Source: Thermomicrobiales bacterium (GTDB lineage Bacteria; Chloroflexota; Chloroflexia; Thermomicrobiales; UBA6265). From it: 54,795 nt of DNA. The translations under genes were made by a program, and so were the position numbers. Below the pieces are notes generated by a model. It searched no databases. It was given only the letters and a program-made list of their open reading frames with translations, and was not told the DNA's origin. Position 1 is the first letter of the stretch, and the number at the start of each line of letters is the position of its first letter. The DNA lies in NCBI GenBank assembly GCA_025928015.1, contig JAICKJ010000001.1:1-54795 (forward strand), read 5' to 3'. Positions 8,150 through 19,202 of the stretch are shown piece after piece.

Positions 8150-9940
8150 GTGACGGCCATCGGCGCGGTGCAGCTCGTCGTCTATCTGCTCATCCTGGCG
8201 GCCATCGTGCGGCCGTTGGGGGCGTATCTCGCCCGCGTTTTCACCGGCGAGCGCCTGCTCCTCTCGTCCGTGCTCGGGCCGGTGGAGCGCGGCATCTACC
8301 GGGTGTCCGGCGTGGACGCCGCGGCGGAGATGCGCTGGACGACGTACGCCGTGGCGATGTTGCTCTTCAATTGCTGTGGCGTCGTCCTGCTCTACGCACT
8401 GCAACGACTCCAGCACGGCTTGTCGCTCAACCCAATGGACCTCGACAACGTGGCGCCACGGCTCGCGTTCAACACGGCCGTCTCCTTCGTCACGAACACG
8501 AACTGGCAGGCGTACGCGGGCGAGTCGACGGTGAGCTATCTCACGCAGATGGCCGGGCTGACGGTCCAGAACTTCGTCTCCGCCGCCACCGGTCTCGCGA
8601 TCGCGATCGCGCTGGTACGCGGCTTCGCGCGGCATTCCGCGCGTCAGATCGGCAATTTCTGGGTCGATCTCGTGCGCGGCACCCTTTACGTGCTGCTACC
8701 GATCTCGGTCATTGGCTGTATCGTCCTCGTGGCGCTCGGCGTGCCGCAGACGTTGCACGGCTCCGTCACGGCGACCGGACTCACCGGCGCCCGGCAACTG
8801 ATCGTCGTGGGGCCGGTCGCCTCCCAGGAGGTGATCAAGGAGCTGGGCACGAACGGCGGCGGGTTCTTCAACGCCAACTCGGCCCATCCGTTCGAGAATC
8901 CGACGCCGCTCTCCAACCTGCTGGAGATGGTGCTGATCCTCGCGATCCCGGCCGCGCTGACCTACACCTTCGGCAAGATGGTCGGCAACACGCGCCAGGG
9001 CTGGGCCATCTTCGCGACGATGGCGATCCTCTTCGTCGTCGGCGTGCTCGTGGCGACGGTGGCCGAGCAGCACGGCAACGACCTCTTCCGCGCGCTCCAT
9101 ATCGACCAGACGGCCAGCCACCTGTCGGCGGGCGGCAACATGGAGGGGAAGGAGGTCCGCTTCGGCATCAACAGCTCGGCGCTCTTCGCGGTGATCACCA
9201 CCGTCGCGTCATGCGGCGCCGTGAACGCGATGCACGACTCGTTCACCCCGCTGGGTGGGCTGATCCCGCTGGCGAACATCGGGCTGGGCGAGGTGATCTT
9301 CGGCGGCGTCGGCGCCGGGCTCTACGGCATCCTCCTCTACGCCGTCGCCGCCATCTTCATCGCCGGCCTGATGGTCGGTCGCACGCCGGAGTATCTCGGC
9401 AAGAAGATCGAACCGTACGACGTCAAGATGACGATGCTCGCGCTGCTGATCCTGCCGCTCGTCATCCTCGGCTTCGCCGGTGTGACGGTGATCACCAGGA
9501 CCGGGTTGGCGTCCGTCCTCAATCCGGGCCCGCACGGCCTGTCGGAGATTCTCTACGCCTTCACCTCCGGCGTGGGCAACAACGGCTCCGCCTTCGCCGG
9601 TCTCAGCGCCAATACTCCCTTCTACGACCTAACCATGGGCATCGCCATGCTGGCGGGACGCTTCCTGATGATCGTCCCGATCCTGGCCCTGGCCGGCTCA
9701 CTCGCGGCCAAGAAGCGCCTGACCGCGACCGCCGGCACCTTCCCGACGACGGGACCGCTCTGGGTCGGGCTGCTCGCCGGCGTGATTCTGATCGTCGGCG
9801 CTGTCACCTACGTTCCCGCCTACAGCCTGGGGCCGATCGTCGAGCAACGGCAGATGACGACCGGCGTGACGTTCGACGCGTCCACGTTCGGCACGACGCC
9901 CTATCAAGCCGTTCCTCAGGCACCCGCCTCGGTGCCATAG
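8150..9940 (+). CDS. kdpA: K+-transporting ATPase subunit A
   Basis: 596 aa, polytopic. The N-terminus '[18 protein letters not shown]' and '[12 protein letters not shown]', '[20 protein letters not shown]' are hallmark KdpA selectivity-filter blocks. Confidence 0.95.
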   Translation: MTAIGAVQLVVYLLILAAIVRPLGAYLARVFTGERLLLSSVLGPVERGIYRVSGVDAAAEMRWTTYAVAMLLFNCCGVVLLYALQRLQHGLSLNPMDLDNVAPRLAFNTAVSFVTNTNWQAYAGESTVSYLTQMAGLTVQNFVSAATGLAIAIALVRGFARHSARQIGNFWVDLVRGTLYVLLPISVIGCIVLVALGVPQTLHGSVTATGLTGARQLIVVGPVASQEVIKELGTNGGGFFNANSAHPFENPTPLSNLLEMVLILAIPAALTYTFGKMVGNTRQGWAIFATMAILFVVGVLVATVAEQHGNDLFRALHIDQTASHLSAGGNMEGKEVRFGINSSALFAVITTVASCGAVNAMHDSFTPLGGLIPLANIGLGEVIFGGVGAGLYGILLYAVAAIFIAGLMVGRTPEYLGKKIEPYDVKMTMLALLILPLVILGFAGVTVITRTGLASVLNPGPHGLSEILYAFTSGVGNNGSAFAGLSANTPFYDLTMGIAMLAGRFLMIVPILALAGSLAAKKRLTATAGTFPTTGPLWVGLLAGVILIVGAVTYVPAYSLGPIVEQRQMTTGVTFDASTFGTTPYQAVPQAPASVP

Positions 9941-9984
9941 CCATTGAGGTGAACGGCGTTTTTGCAGGAGCGGTTGACGACACG

Positions 9985-12141
9985 ATGGCTCAGGTGATTC
10001 ACGCGTCCACACTCGACACGGTGCCGGCGGAGGCGGTCCGCCCGGCCGGGCAGCCGCGGTTGGAGCCGGCGCCCGACGGACAACGTCCGCGCTTCGACCG
10101 GGGGCTCCTGGCGCCGGCCCTGAAAGATGCCCTGCGCAAGCTCTCGCCGCGGCACATGGCCGGTAACCCGGTCATGTTCCTGGTCGAGATCGGCGCGCTC
10201 TTCACGACGCTTATCCTGATTGCTGATCTCCTTGGCTGGTCCGGCGCGCTCGGTCTTCGCCCCGGTCAGGGCGGCGCCGGCTTCGTGGCCGCGATCTCGG
10301 CCTGGCTCTGGTTCACCGTGGTCTTCGCCAATGGCGCCGAGGCGATCGCCGAAGGGCGCGGCAAAGCGCAGGCCAGCGCGCTCCGGCGGACTCGGAGCGG
10401 CACGATGGCCAAGGTGCTGGTCGACGGCCGGCGCGATCGGATCGAACGGCGCCCGTCCAGCGTGCTGCACGCCGGCGACGTCGTCCTGGTCGAGGCGGGC
10501 GACGTCATCCCGAGCGACGGGGAGGTCACCGGCGGGATCGCGTTGGTTTCGGAGGCCGCCGTAACGGGCGAATCCGCGCCCGTGCTGAAGGAGCCGGGCA
10601 CCGACACGTCCTCCTCCGTGACCGGCGGCACCGAGGTCGTCTCCGATTGGTTGACGATCCGCATCACGGCGGAGCCGGGGCAGACGTTCCTCGATCGCAT
10701 GATCGCCCTGGTCGAGGGCGCGGCGCGGCAGAAAACGCCGAACGAGATCGCGCTGAACATCCTGCTGGCCGGGCTCACGATCATCTTCCTCATCGTCGTC
10801 GTCACGTTGGCGCCACTCGCCCGCTACGCTCAGGCGCCGGCTTCGCTGACGGTCCTGATCGCCTTGCTGGTGACATTGATCCCGACCACGATCGGCGCGC
10901 TGCTCTCGGCCATCGGCATCGCCGGCATGGACCGGCTCGTCCAGCGCAATGTGCTGGCGATGAGCGGCCGGGCGGTGGAGGCCGCCGGCGACGTCGATGT
11001 GCTCCTGCTGGACAAGACCGGGACGATCACCTACGGCAATCGGATGGCCAGCGAGTTCGTCCCCGCGCCGGGCGTAGCGCCGGAGACGATCGTCCGCGCG
11101 GCGCTACGTTCCTCGATGGCCGATACCACGCCCGAAGGTAAGTCGATCGTCGCCCTCGCGAACCAGCTCGGCCAGTCCATGTCGCCAGATGAGCTGTCAG
11201 GGGCCGAGTTCGTGCCCTTCTCCGCCGAGACGCGGATGAGCGGGATGCGCCTCGATGGCCGGGCGACGATGAAAGGCGCCGTCGACGCGATCGACGTCGT
11301 GCTCGGCGCGATGCCGCCCGCGATTCGGCAGGTTGCGGACGAGATCGCCGGGCGCGGCGGCACCCCGCTGGCCGTCATCGACGGTGGCCAGGCGCTCGGC
11401 GTCATTCATCTCAAGGACACAGTCAAGCCGGGCATGCGCGAGCGGTTCGCGGAGCTGCGGCGCATGGGCATCCGGACGATCATGATCACCGGCGACAATC
11501 CGCTGACCGCCCGGACCATCGCGGCCGAGGCCGGCGTCGACGATTTCGTCGCCCAGGCCCGGCCGGAGGACAAGATCCGGATCATCCGCGAGCAGCAGGC
11601 CGAAGGTCGCCTGGTGGCGATGACCGGCGATGGCACGAACGACGCGCCGGCGCTGGCCCAGGCCGATGTTGGCATGGCGATGAACACCGGCACGATGGCC
11701 GCCAAGGAAGCGGCCAACATGGTCGATCTGGATTCCGATCCGACCAAGCTGATTGACGTCGTCGCGATCGGCAAGCAGCTTCTTATGACCCGCGGCGCGC
11801 TGACGACGTTCAGCATCGCCAACGACGTGGCGAAGTACTTCGCCATCCTGCCGGCCATGTTCGGCGTGAGCTACGGGATCGATGGCCAGCATGGGCTGGC
11901 GTTTCTGAACGTCATGCGGCTGACGAGCCCGCAGAGCGCGATCCTCTCGGCGATCATCTTCAACGCCCTGATCATCGTCGCCCTCATCCCACTCGCGCTG
12001 CGCGGCGTCGCCTACCGCCCGCTGGGCGCCGCCGCGTTGCTCCGCCGGAATCTCTTCATCTATGGCCTCGGCGGGATCGTCGCGCCCTTCATCGGCATCA
12101 AGGTGATCGACCTGCTGCTCACGATTGCTGGCTGGCACTAA
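9985..12141 (+). CDS. kdpB: K+-transporting ATPase subunit B (P-type ATPase)
   Basis: This is the terminal part of artefactual track ORF 8128..12141, with the ATG at 9985 in the same frame. P-type motifs are present: 'DKTGTIT', 'TGDN', '[10 protein letters not shown]'. Confidence 0.95.
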   Translation: MAQVIHASTLDTVPAEAVRPAGQPRLEPAPDGQRPRFDRGLLAPALKDALRKLSPRHMAGNPVMFLVEIGALFTTLILIADLLGWSGALGLRPGQGGAGFVAAISAWLWFTVVFANGAEAIAEGRGKAQASALRRTRSGTMAKVLVDGRRDRIERRPSSVLHAGDVVLVEAGDVIPSDGEVTGGIALVSEAAVTGESAPVLKEPGTDTSSSVTGGTEVVSDWLTIRITAEPGQTFLDRMIALVEGAARQKTPNEIALNILLAGLTIIFLIVVVTLAPLARYAQAPASLTVLIALLVTLIPTTIGALLSAIGIAGMDRLVQRNVLAMSGRAVEAAGDVDVLLLDKTGTITYGNRMASEFVPAPGVAPETIVRAALRSSMADTTPEGKSIVALANQLGQSMSPDELSGAEFVPFSAETRMSGMRLDGRATMKGAVDAIDVVLGAMPPAIRQVADEIAGRGGTPLAVIDGGQALGVIHLKDTVKPGMRERFAELRRMGIRTIMITGDNPLTARTIAAEAGVDDFVAQARPEDKIRIIREQQAEGRLVAMTGDGTNDAPALAQADVGMAMNTGTMAAKEAANMVDLDSDPTKLIDVVAIGKQLLMTRGALTTFSIANDVAKYFAILPAMFGVSYGIDGQHGLAFLNVMRLTSPQSAILSAIIFNALIIVALIPLALRGVAYRPLGAAALLRRNLFIYGLGGIVAPFIGIKVIDLLLTIAGWH

Positions 12142-12155
12142 TGGAGTGAAGCGAG

Positions 12156-12761
12156 ATGCTGAAACAACTACGGACCGCCGTGCTCCTGTTGGTGGTGCTG
12201 ACGGTCCTAACCGGTTTGATCTATCCCGTCGCCATGACCGGCATCGCCCAGGTGCTCATGCCGGGGAAGGCGAACGGCTCGTTGATCCATCGGGACGGTG
12301 CCGTCGTCGGATCGACTCTGATCGGCCAGAGCTTCATTGATCCGAAGACCGATCGGGTCCTTCAGGGCTACTTCCGCGGCCGGCCCTCGGCCGCCGGCGC
12401 GGGGTATGACGCCAGCGCCTCCGGCGGCTCGAACCTCGGGCCGACGAACAAGGCGTTGATTGACCGGGTGAACGCCACCGCGGCCATCATCCGGCAGGAG
12501 AATGGCCTGACTGCGTCCGCGCCGATCCCGGTCGATCTCGTGACCGCCTCGGGCAGCGGGCTCGACCCGGATATCAGCCCGGCGGCGGCCGAATTGCAGG
12601 TCCCGCGCGTCGCCCGGCAGCGCGGCGTGAGCGAAGCGCAGGTGAAGGCGCTGGTACAGAAGCACACGAGCGGCCGCACACTGTGGATCTTCGGTGAGCC
12701 ACGGGTGAACGTGCTGGCGCTGAACCAGGCACTCGACCAAAACTTCCCGCTGGCGAGGTAG
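12156..12761 (+). CDS. kdpC: K+-transporting ATPase subunit C
   Basis: 201 aa with a single N-terminal TM. It carries 'GSNLGPTN' and 'ASGSGLDPDISP', which are typical KdpC blocks. Confidence 0.95.
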   Translation: MLKQLRTAVLLLVVLTVLTGLIYPVAMTGIAQVLMPGKANGSLIHRDGAVVGSTLIGQSFIDPKTDRVLQGYFRGRPSAAGAGYDASASGGSNLGPTNKALIDRVNATAAIIRQENGLTASAPIPVDLVTASGSGLDPDISPAAAELQVPRVARQRGVSEAQVKALVQKHTSGRTLWIFGEPRVNVLALNQALDQNFPLAR

Positions 12762-12767
12762 GGCGAC

Positions 12768-13856
12768 GTGGCCGGCCGGCACGGAACCCTGCGCGTCTTT
12801 CTGGGCGCCGCGCCCGGGGTCGGGAAGACCTACGCGATGCTGCGCGAAGGCCACCGCCTGCGCGATGAAGGGCGCGACGTCGTCGTCGGGTTCGTCGAGA
12901 GCCATGGCCGCGCGGAAACCGAGGCGCAGATCGGCGATCTGGAGGTCATCCCGCGTCGCGCCATCGCCTACCACGGCATCTCGTTGGACGAAATGGACAC
13001 CGACGCGGTCCTGCGGCGCCGACCGGAGATCGTCCTTGTCGACGAGCTGGCCCACACCAACGCGGCCGGGTCGACTCGGGCGAAGCGCTACGACGACGTC
13101 GAACTCCTCCGTGCCCAGGGCATCGACGTCATCACGACCGTCAACATCCAGCATCTCGCCAGCCTGCACGACATCGTCGCCGGCATCACCGGGGTCGACG
13201 TGCGCGAGCTGGTGCCGGACCGGGTGCTCGACGGCGCGACCGACGTGCAACTTGTCGATCTCTCGCCGGAGATGCTGCGGGAGCGCCTGACCCTGGGCAA
13301 GATCTACCCCGGAGCACGCGCGCAACGCGCCCTCGACCAGTTCTTCGAGGAAGGAAATCTGACCGCGCTCCGCGAGCTGGCGCTGCGCCAGACAGCGGCG
13401 GGCGTCGATGACCGTTTGGCCGGGCTCATGATGGGGGAGCCGGACGACTCGCTCCACATGGCCACCGAGCGTGTCGCGGTGCTTGCCGATGACGATGCCC
13501 GCTGGGGCACCGTGCTGCGCCATGGCTGGCGGATTGCGAGCGCGATCCACGCCGAGCTGGTCGCGCTGGCGATCGGCCCGTCCACGCCCGCGATGTGCCG
13601 GCATCAGGAGCTGGCCGGCGATCTCAGCGCGCGCTGGGTTGCGGTGCCGGATGGCTCGATCGAGGAGGCGCTCAGCGCCGCGCTGGAGCGCGAACGCGCC
13701 ACCATCCTCGTGCTCGCGTATCACCCGCGTCGGCGCTGGCAACTGTTCTCGGGCTGCGATCCCGTCGACGTCGTGATGCGGCGGTGCGGTGCGGTCGATT
13801 GTTACCTCGTCCGCCTCGATGCCGATCGCTCGCGGTCGCCGCATGGCGGCGTGTGA
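12768..13856 (+). CDS. kdpD: Stand-alone KdpD N-terminal sensor protein (KdpD-N P-loop-like domain plus Usp-like domain); no TM or kinase domains
   Basis: 362 aa. 'LRVFLGAAPGVGKTYAML', 'VDELAHTN' and 'TTVNIQHLASL' match the N-terminal cytoplasmic domain of KdpD. The gene starts 7 nt after the kdpC stop. Confidence 0.85.
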   Translation: MAGRHGTLRVFLGAAPGVGKTYAMLREGHRLRDEGRDVVVGFVESHGRAETEAQIGDLEVIPRRAIAYHGISLDEMDTDAVLRRRPEIVLVDELAHTNAAGSTRAKRYDDVELLRAQGIDVITTVNIQHLASLHDIVAGITGVDVRELVPDRVLDGATDVQLVDLSPEMLRERLTLGKIYPGARAQRALDQFFEEGNLTALRELALRQTAAGVDDRLAGLMMGEPDDSLHMATERVAVLADDDARWGTVLRHGWRIASAIHAELVALAIGPSTPAMCRHQELAGDLSARWVAVPDGSIEEALSAALERERATILVLAYHPRRRWQLFSGCDPVDVVMRRCGAVDCYLVRLDADRSRSPHGGV

Positions 13857-14109
13857 CGCGCGAAATCACCCGATCAGGACCGTGCCGCGTAAGAGAAACG
13901 GGGGCCCGGGGCGGGGAGGGGTGTGCTATCCTCTGGACAGATATCGATGCCCTGGATCTTCGACCGCGAGCACCTCGCGGAGTCGCGTGAAGGAGCCTGC
14001 AGCCACCGGTTTTCCAACCGTTTCGGGATCAGCACGAGGGCAGACGCACCACGACCGCGGGTAAAGCAACGAGGCTTGCGGCGTGCCAAGGAGACATACG
14101 GATAGACCA

Positions 14110-17004
14110 ATGAGCGACCTGAGCGCGTTTTATGGACCCAACGCGGGGTACGTGCTAGAGCTCTACGACCGCTACCTCGCCGACCCTGATGCGGTCGACC
14201 AGGCCACCCGCGACTTCTTCGCGGGGTTCACTCCTCCCTCTCTCAATGGACACGGCACCGCGCTGGCCACCGCGCCGGCGGGCGTCGCAGTCGCGCCCGG
14301 GGTCGATGTGGAGAAGGTGGCGGCGGCCGTTGAGCTGGCGCGGGGCATCCGGGAGTACGGCCACCTCGCCGTGCGTCTCGACCCCCTCGGCTCCGAGCCG
14401 CCCGGCGCCCCCGAGCTCGACCCCGCCACGTACGGCATTACCGAAGAGGATCTGCGGCAACTGCCGGCGAGCATCGTCGGCGGCTTGGCCGCCCGGGGCG
14501 CGGCCAACGCCGCCGAGGCAATCGACCGGCTCTGCGCCATCTATACCAGCAACATCGGCTTCGATTTCGATCACGTCCAGGTCGCCGAGGAGCGTGCCTG
14601 GCTCCGCGATGCCGTCGAATCGGGTGAGTTCACCCAACCGCTCGACGAGCCGGAGAAGCGCAAGCTGCTCGAACGCCTGACCCAGGTCGAGATCTTCGAG
14701 CGCTTCCTCCACCAGACCTACCTCGGCCAGAAGCGCTTCTCGATCGAGGGCACCGACGTCCTCGTGCCGATGCTCGACCGCATCATCGACGATGCCTCCG
14801 CCGACGGCGCGCGCGAGGTCATCCTCGGCATGGCTCACCGCGGCCGGCTGAACGTGATGACCCACATCCTGAGCAAGCCGTACGGCGCGATCATCGCCGC
14901 CTTCGAGGGCGGCCACCGCAAGGGCGGCCCGGCCGCGACCGACGGCACCGGCGAGGACGTCCGCACCGGCGACGTCAAGTACCACCTCGGCGCCCGCCTG
15001 GCCCGCAACCCGGAGACGGGTGAACGCGTCAAGGTGCCCGTCGTGCTGGCGCCGAACCCGAGCCACCTGGAGGCCGTCAATCCCGTCGTCCTCGGCATGA
15101 CCCGCGCCTCGCAGGACGACCGCACCCACCGCGGCCTGCCGGAACAGCACCCGGAACGGACGCTGGCGATCCTGCTCCACGGCGACGCCGCGTTCCCGGG
15201 TCAGGGCGTGGTCGCCGAGTCGCTCAACCTCTCCGGGTTGCGCGGCTATTCAGTCGGCGGCGCACGCCACATCATCGTCAACAACCAGATCGGTTACACG
15301 ACCGAAATCCAGGACTCCCGCTCGACCCTCTACGCCGGCGACCTCGCCAAGGGGTTCGAAATTCCGGTCGTTCACGTGAACGCGGACGATCCCGTCGCCT
15401 GCCTCCAGCTCGCGCACATGGCGGTCGAGTACCGCGAACGATTCGGCAAGGACTTCCTGATCGATCTGGTCGGGTACCGCCGCTGGGGACACAACGAGGG
15501 CGACGAACCGGCGTTCACCCAGCCGCTGATGTATCAGACGATCACGAAGCACCCAACCGTCCGCGCCCTCTGGGCCGAGCGGCTGGTCAACGAAGGCGTC
15601 GTGACCAAGGATGAGGCCGCCGCGATGGAGCAGAAGATGCTCGATCGCTTGAGCAAGATCCGCCACGGTGTCACCGAAGGCACCGCGGACCTCGGCGAGG
15701 AGGAGGACGAGCAACCCCACGGCGAGCGCGAGGAGGTCGAGACGGCTGTTCCCGCCGACAAGCTCCTCAAGATGCACGACGAGATTCACGCCCTGCCTGA
15801 GGGCTTCGCGCCGATCAGCAAGCTCAAGCGGCAATGGGACCGCCGGGCGCAAACGCTGCACCAGGAAGGCGGTAAGGTCGATTGGGCGCACGCCGAGGCG
15901 CTGGCTTTCGCGGCGACGCTCGCCGATGGCATCCCCATCCGCCTCACCGGCCAGGACGCCCAGCGCGGCACCTTCAGCCAGCGTCACCTCGTGCTCCACG
16001 ACGCCAAGACCGGCGAGAACTACTCGCCGCTCGACGTTCTGCCCGAGGCGACCGCCTCCTTCGCCGCCTACAACAGCCCGCTCTCCGAAAACGCGGCGAT
16101 GGGCTTCGAGTACGGCTACAGCGTCCACGCGCCGGAGGCGCTGGTCCTCTGGGAGGGCCAGTTCGGCGACTTCGCCAACGGCGCCCAGGTGATCATCGAC
16201 CAGTTCCTCGTCGCCGCCCGCGCCAAGTGGGGCCAGCTCCCCGCGCTCGTGCTCCTGCTGCCGCATGGCTATGAGGGCCAGGGGCCGGAGCACTCCAGCG
16301 CCCGGCTGGAGCGGTTCCTCTCGCTCGCCGCGCAGGACAACATCCGCGTCTGCAATTGCACCACCGCCGCCCAGTACTTCCACCTGCTGCGCCGCCAGGC
16401 GCTGCGGCTGGCGAGCGATCCGCGTCCGCTCATCCTCATGACGCCGAAGAGCCTGCTGCGTCACCCGATGGCCGCGTCGCCGCTCTCGGAGCTGTCCAGC
16501 GGCACCTTCCGCCCGGTGATCGACGATCCCCGCGCCGCGTCGCGGCGCGACGAGGTCACCCGCCTCGTGCTCTGCAGCGGCAAGGTCGCGATCGACCTCG
16601 ATTCGAGCCCGGAGCGCGACGAGGCGACGCACGTCGCCGTCGCCCGCGTCGAGCAGCTCGCGCCCTTCCAGAACACGGCGCTGCGCGCGGTGATCAATAC
16701 ATACCCGCACCTCGCCGAGATCGTCTGGTTGCAGGAAGAGCCGAAGAACATGGGCGCCTGGACCTTCATGGGTCCGCGTCTGCGCGAGCTGGTCGAGGAC
16801 CGGCTGCCGGTGCGCTACATCGGCCGGCCGGAGCGCTCCAGCCCGGCGGCCGGGTCCGCCGATCAGCACGCCGAGGAGCAGGCCGGCATCGTGCAAGCCG
16901 CCTTCGCCTCGCCGCCGAGCCTCAATGGCCGCGCCGGCAAGCGAGCGGTAGCGACCCGAAGCGCGAAGAACGGCGCGACGGCGAAGGCGGGCGCGCGGCA
17001 CTGA
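14110..17004 (+). CDS. sucA: 2-oxoglutarate dehydrogenase E1 component
   Basis: This is the frame of track ORF 14083..17004. The N-terminus 'MSDLSAFYGPNAGYVLELYDRY' and the blocks 'RRWGHNEGDEP' and 'PHGYEGQGPEHSS' are present. The start could also be the GTG at 14083. Confidence 0.9.
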   Translation: MSDLSAFYGPNAGYVLELYDRYLADPDAVDQATRDFFAGFTPPSLNGHGTALATAPAGVAVAPGVDVEKVAAAVELARGIREYGHLAVRLDPLGSEPPGAPELDPATYGITEEDLRQLPASIVGGLAARGAANAAEAIDRLCAIYTSNIGFDFDHVQVAEERAWLRDAVESGEFTQPLDEPEKRKLLERLTQVEIFERFLHQTYLGQKRFSIEGTDVLVPMLDRIIDDASADGAREVILGMAHRGRLNVMTHILSKPYGAIIAAFEGGHRKGGPAATDGTGEDVRTGDVKYHLGARLARNPETGERVKVPVVLAPNPSHLEAVNPVVLGMTRASQDDRTHRGLPEQHPERTLAILLHGDAAFPGQGVVAESLNLSGLRGYSVGGARHIIVNNQIGYTTEIQDSRSTLYAGDLAKGFEIPVVHVNADDPVACLQLAHMAVEYRERFGKDFLIDLVGYRRWGHNEGDEPAFTQPLMYQTITKHPTVRALWAERLVNEGVVTKDEAAAMEQKMLDRLSKIRHGVTEGTADLGEEEDEQPHGEREEVETAVPADKLLKMHDEIHALPEGFAPISKLKRQWDRRAQTLHQEGGKVDWAHAEALAFAATLADGIPIRLTGQDAQRGTFSQRHLVLHDAKTGENYSPLDVLPEATASFAAYNSPLSENAAMGFEYGYSVHAPEALVLWEGQFGDFANGAQVIIDQFLVAARAKWGQLPALVLLLPHGYEGQGPEHSSARLERFLSLAAQDNIRVCNCTTAAQYFHLLRRQALRLASDPRPLILMTPKSLLRHPMAASPLSELSSGTFRPVIDDPRAASRRDEVTRLVLCSGKVAIDLDSSPERDEATHVAVARVEQLAPFQNTALRAVINTYPHLAEIVWLQEEPKNMGAWTFMGPRLRELVEDRLPVRYIGRPERSSPAAGSADQHAEEQAGIVQAAFASPPSLNGRAGKRAVATRSAKNGATAKAGARH

Positions 17005-17114
17005 GTGGCACGCAATGGAGATGATGGAGAGGATCTGGCCAGTGATCTGCGCCTGACTGGGCGCGGATCACTGGCAATGGACGTGGGGCCGGCCGGACGC
17101 CCGGCGCCTGGGAG

Positions 17115-18473
17115 ATGAGCATGGCAATCGAGATCAAAGTGCCGCCCTTGGGCGAATCGCTCGTCGACGCGGTCGTCGCGAGCTGGCACAAGGGCGAAGG
17201 CGACAGCGTCAACCGCGGCGATGTCCTCCTCGAGCTGGAGACGGACAAGGTCAACCTCGACGTCACCGCCGAGGAGGACGGCGTGCTCGCCAGCATTCAG
17301 CGGGGTGAGGGCGAGACGGTGACCGTCGGCGAGGTGCTCGGCACGCTCGACGCCGGCGCGGTCAACGGCCAGTCGGCCGCGCCGCAGGCCGAAGCCGCTG
17401 CGGCCGCGGCGCCGGCCCAGGAAGCCGTCGCCGTCAGGCCGGAGATGGAGAAGCTGCCGGCACCACAACCCAGTCCCCAAACCGAGGAGAGCCCGGCGGA
17501 GCCGGTCGCGCCCGAGCAGGAGAACGGCGTCCGCGCCGCGCCGACGATCCGCCGGATCGCCGAGGAGCACGCGATCGATCTCGCCAACGTGACCGGAACT
17601 GGCCCCGGTGGCCGCATCATGCGCGACGATCTGCTCGCCTACCTCGCCCGCCAGGGAGCCGCGCCGGCAGTGGCTGTCCCGGTGGCGCCACCCGCACCCG
17701 CGCCGCCACCCACACTTCCCCAAGGAGCGCCCGCGCAAGGAGCGCCTGTGGCGCCGCCGCCGAGTGGGCGGGAAGCCGAGGAGGAGCGCGTCCGGCTCTC
17801 GCGCCGGCGCCAGACGATCGCCCAGCGCCTCGTCCAGGCCCAGCAGACGGCCGCGATGCTGACGACCTTCAACGAGGTCGACATGTCGGCCGTGATGGAG
17901 GTTCGCAAGCGGCGCAGGGAGACGTTCAAGGAGCGCTACGGCGTCAACCTCGGCTTCATGTCCTTCTTCACGAAGGCCGTGGTCGGCGCGCTGAAGGCCT
18001 TTCCGCAAGTGAACGCCGAGCTGCAGGGCAACGAGATGGTCCTGAAGCGCTACTACGACATCGGCATCGCCGTCGGCGTCGAGGATGGGCTGGTCGTCCC
18101 GGTCGTCCGTAACGCCGACCGGCTGAGCTTCGCCGGGATCGAGCAGGAGATCGTCGAGCTGGCCACCAAGGCGCGGGAGAACACGCTCTCGCTGGCCGAG
18201 CTGCAGGGCGGCACCTTCACGATCACGAACGGCGGCATCTTCGGCTCGCTGCTCTCGACGCCGATCCTCAACGCGCCGCAGGTCGGCATCCTCGGCATGC
18301 ACACAATCCAGCAGCGTCCGGTCGTCCGGAATGGCGAGATCGTCATCGCGCCGATGATGTACCTCGCCCTCTCCTACGATCACCGCGTCGTTGATGGTCG
18401 CGAGGCGGTCCAGTTCCTGGTCCGCATCAAGGAGCTGATCGAAGACCCGGAGACGCTCCTGCTCGAAGGGTAG
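17115..18473 (+). CDS. sucB: Dihydrolipoamide succinyltransferase E2 component
   Basis: 452 aa. It has a lipoyl domain ('[12 protein letters not shown]'), Ala/Pro linkers, a subunit-binding domain ('[15 protein letters not shown]') and a catalytic 'SYDHRVVDG'. Confidence 0.9.
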   Translation: MSMAIEIKVPPLGESLVDAVVASWHKGEGDSVNRGDVLLELETDKVNLDVTAEEDGVLASIQRGEGETVTVGEVLGTLDAGAVNGQSAAPQAEAAAAAAPAQEAVAVRPEMEKLPAPQPSPQTEESPAEPVAPEQENGVRAAPTIRRIAEEHAIDLANVTGTGPGGRIMRDDLLAYLARQGAAPAVAVPVAPPAPAPPPTLPQGAPAQGAPVAPPPSGREAEEERVRLSRRRQTIAQRLVQAQQTAAMLTTFNEVDMSAVMEVRKRRRETFKERYGVNLGFMSFFTKAVVGALKAFPQVNAELQGNEMVLKRYYDIGIAVGVEDGLVVPVVRNADRLSFAGIEQEIVELATKARENTLSLAELQGGTFTITNGGIFGSLLSTPILNAPQVGILGMHTIQQRPVVRNGEIVIAPMMYLALSYDHRVVDGREAVQFLVRIKELIEDPETLLLEG

Positions 18474-18494
18474 GAACGGCACGGGCAACATCAA

Positions 18495-18523
18495 CAGCGC
18501 CGGACCATCATGGTCCGGCGCTG
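18495..18523. terminator. Bidirectional terminator-like hairpin between the convergent sucB and the deazaflavin oxidoreductase gene
   Basis: The sequence CAGCGCCGGACCAT-C-ATGGTCCGGCGCTG is a near-perfect palindrome. It is followed by a T-rich 'TTCGTTGT' on the plus strand. Confidence 0.6.
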
Positions 18524-18536
18524 TTCGTTGTCGCCC

Positions 18537-19013
18537 TCATCGCAGCGGGTGGAGCTCGAAGACACGCCTACCCTCGGCGGCGTCCGACGGACGGTTGAGA
18601 TCGACCCCATCGACGGTGCGAATGAACCAGGCACCGCCCGGTATGCCGCGCGCGAGCGGGCCGAGGACGTCGCGGAAAAACTCGACGCGCTGGGTCGGGT
18701 CCAGCTCGGTCGCGCGCACGTCCTCCTTCCGGCGGCGCACGGTGATGGTTGCGTGGCCGGCCGCGCGCAGATTCCGCACCCATTGGACATCGCCCCAGGG
18801 AGCCCAGACCCAACGTCTGCCCGAGACCTCGATGATCGCCACCGGCGTGGTGCGAGGCAGCCCGCTCTTCCGGCCGCGGATGGTGATGAGCCCATTGAAG
18901 CCCATCGGCACACCAGCGGCCAAGAGGGCCCTGGCGATAGGGTTGAAGAGCGAAAACACCCATCGTGGTGGCATGCCCGATACGCCGGCCGCACTACTCT
19001 TTCGATCGCTCAT
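18537..19013 (-). CDS. Deazaflavin (F420)-dependent nitroreductase-family oxidoreductase (DDN/DUF385-like)
   Basis: This is the frame of track ORF 18537..19121. The ATG at 19013 is preceded by AAGGAG. 'RGRKSGLPRTTPVAIIE...WVRNLRAAG' is typical of the family. Confidence 0.75.
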   Translation of the reverse strand: MSDRKSSAAGVSGMPPRWVFSLFNPIARALLAAGVPMGFNGLITIRGRKSGLPRTTPVAIIEVSGRRWVWAPWGDVQWVRNLRAAGHATITVRRRKEDVRATELDPTQRVEFFRDVLGPLARGIPGGAWFIRTVDGVDLNRPSDAAEGRRVFELHPLR

Positions 19014-19202
19014 TTGGGCGCTCCTTTGACCCCGGTTCCGCTTGCCACAAACATCCGCATGACTATCACCTCCATGGTCCCGCAATGGACGCCTAACCTG
19101 GAGACGAAACAGCCCGGCCATTCGTGACTCCGACAGCTGGCGTTCGTGCCGACACGTCCCTGCGAGCGCGAAGTGTGTCAGATGCGCGCGGCGCTCAGGG
19201 TC

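Noticed and set aside
8128-12141. A 1337-aa ORF in the track that would be a giant single protein spanning kdpA and kdpB.
   Set aside because: Its first roughly 620 codons are an Arg/Gly/Pro-rich out-of-frame read across kdpA, whose true frame is 8150..9940. Only the part from the ATG at 9985 onward is KdpB. This is an open shadow frame typical of high-GC DNA.
15250-18494. Long minus-strand ORFs (15250..17001, 583 aa; 16863..18494, 543 aa) antisense to sucA/sucB.
   Set aside because: Their composition is Arg/Gly/Ala/Asp-rich and low-complexity, with no motifs. They overlap exactly with strongly supported plus-strand genes. The same reasoning applies to 4877..6367, 12207..13844, 20514..22136, 26576..28582, 29280..31325, 30580..32133, 31952..33514, 34297..35856, 43325..44611, 48217..49188 and similar ORFs.
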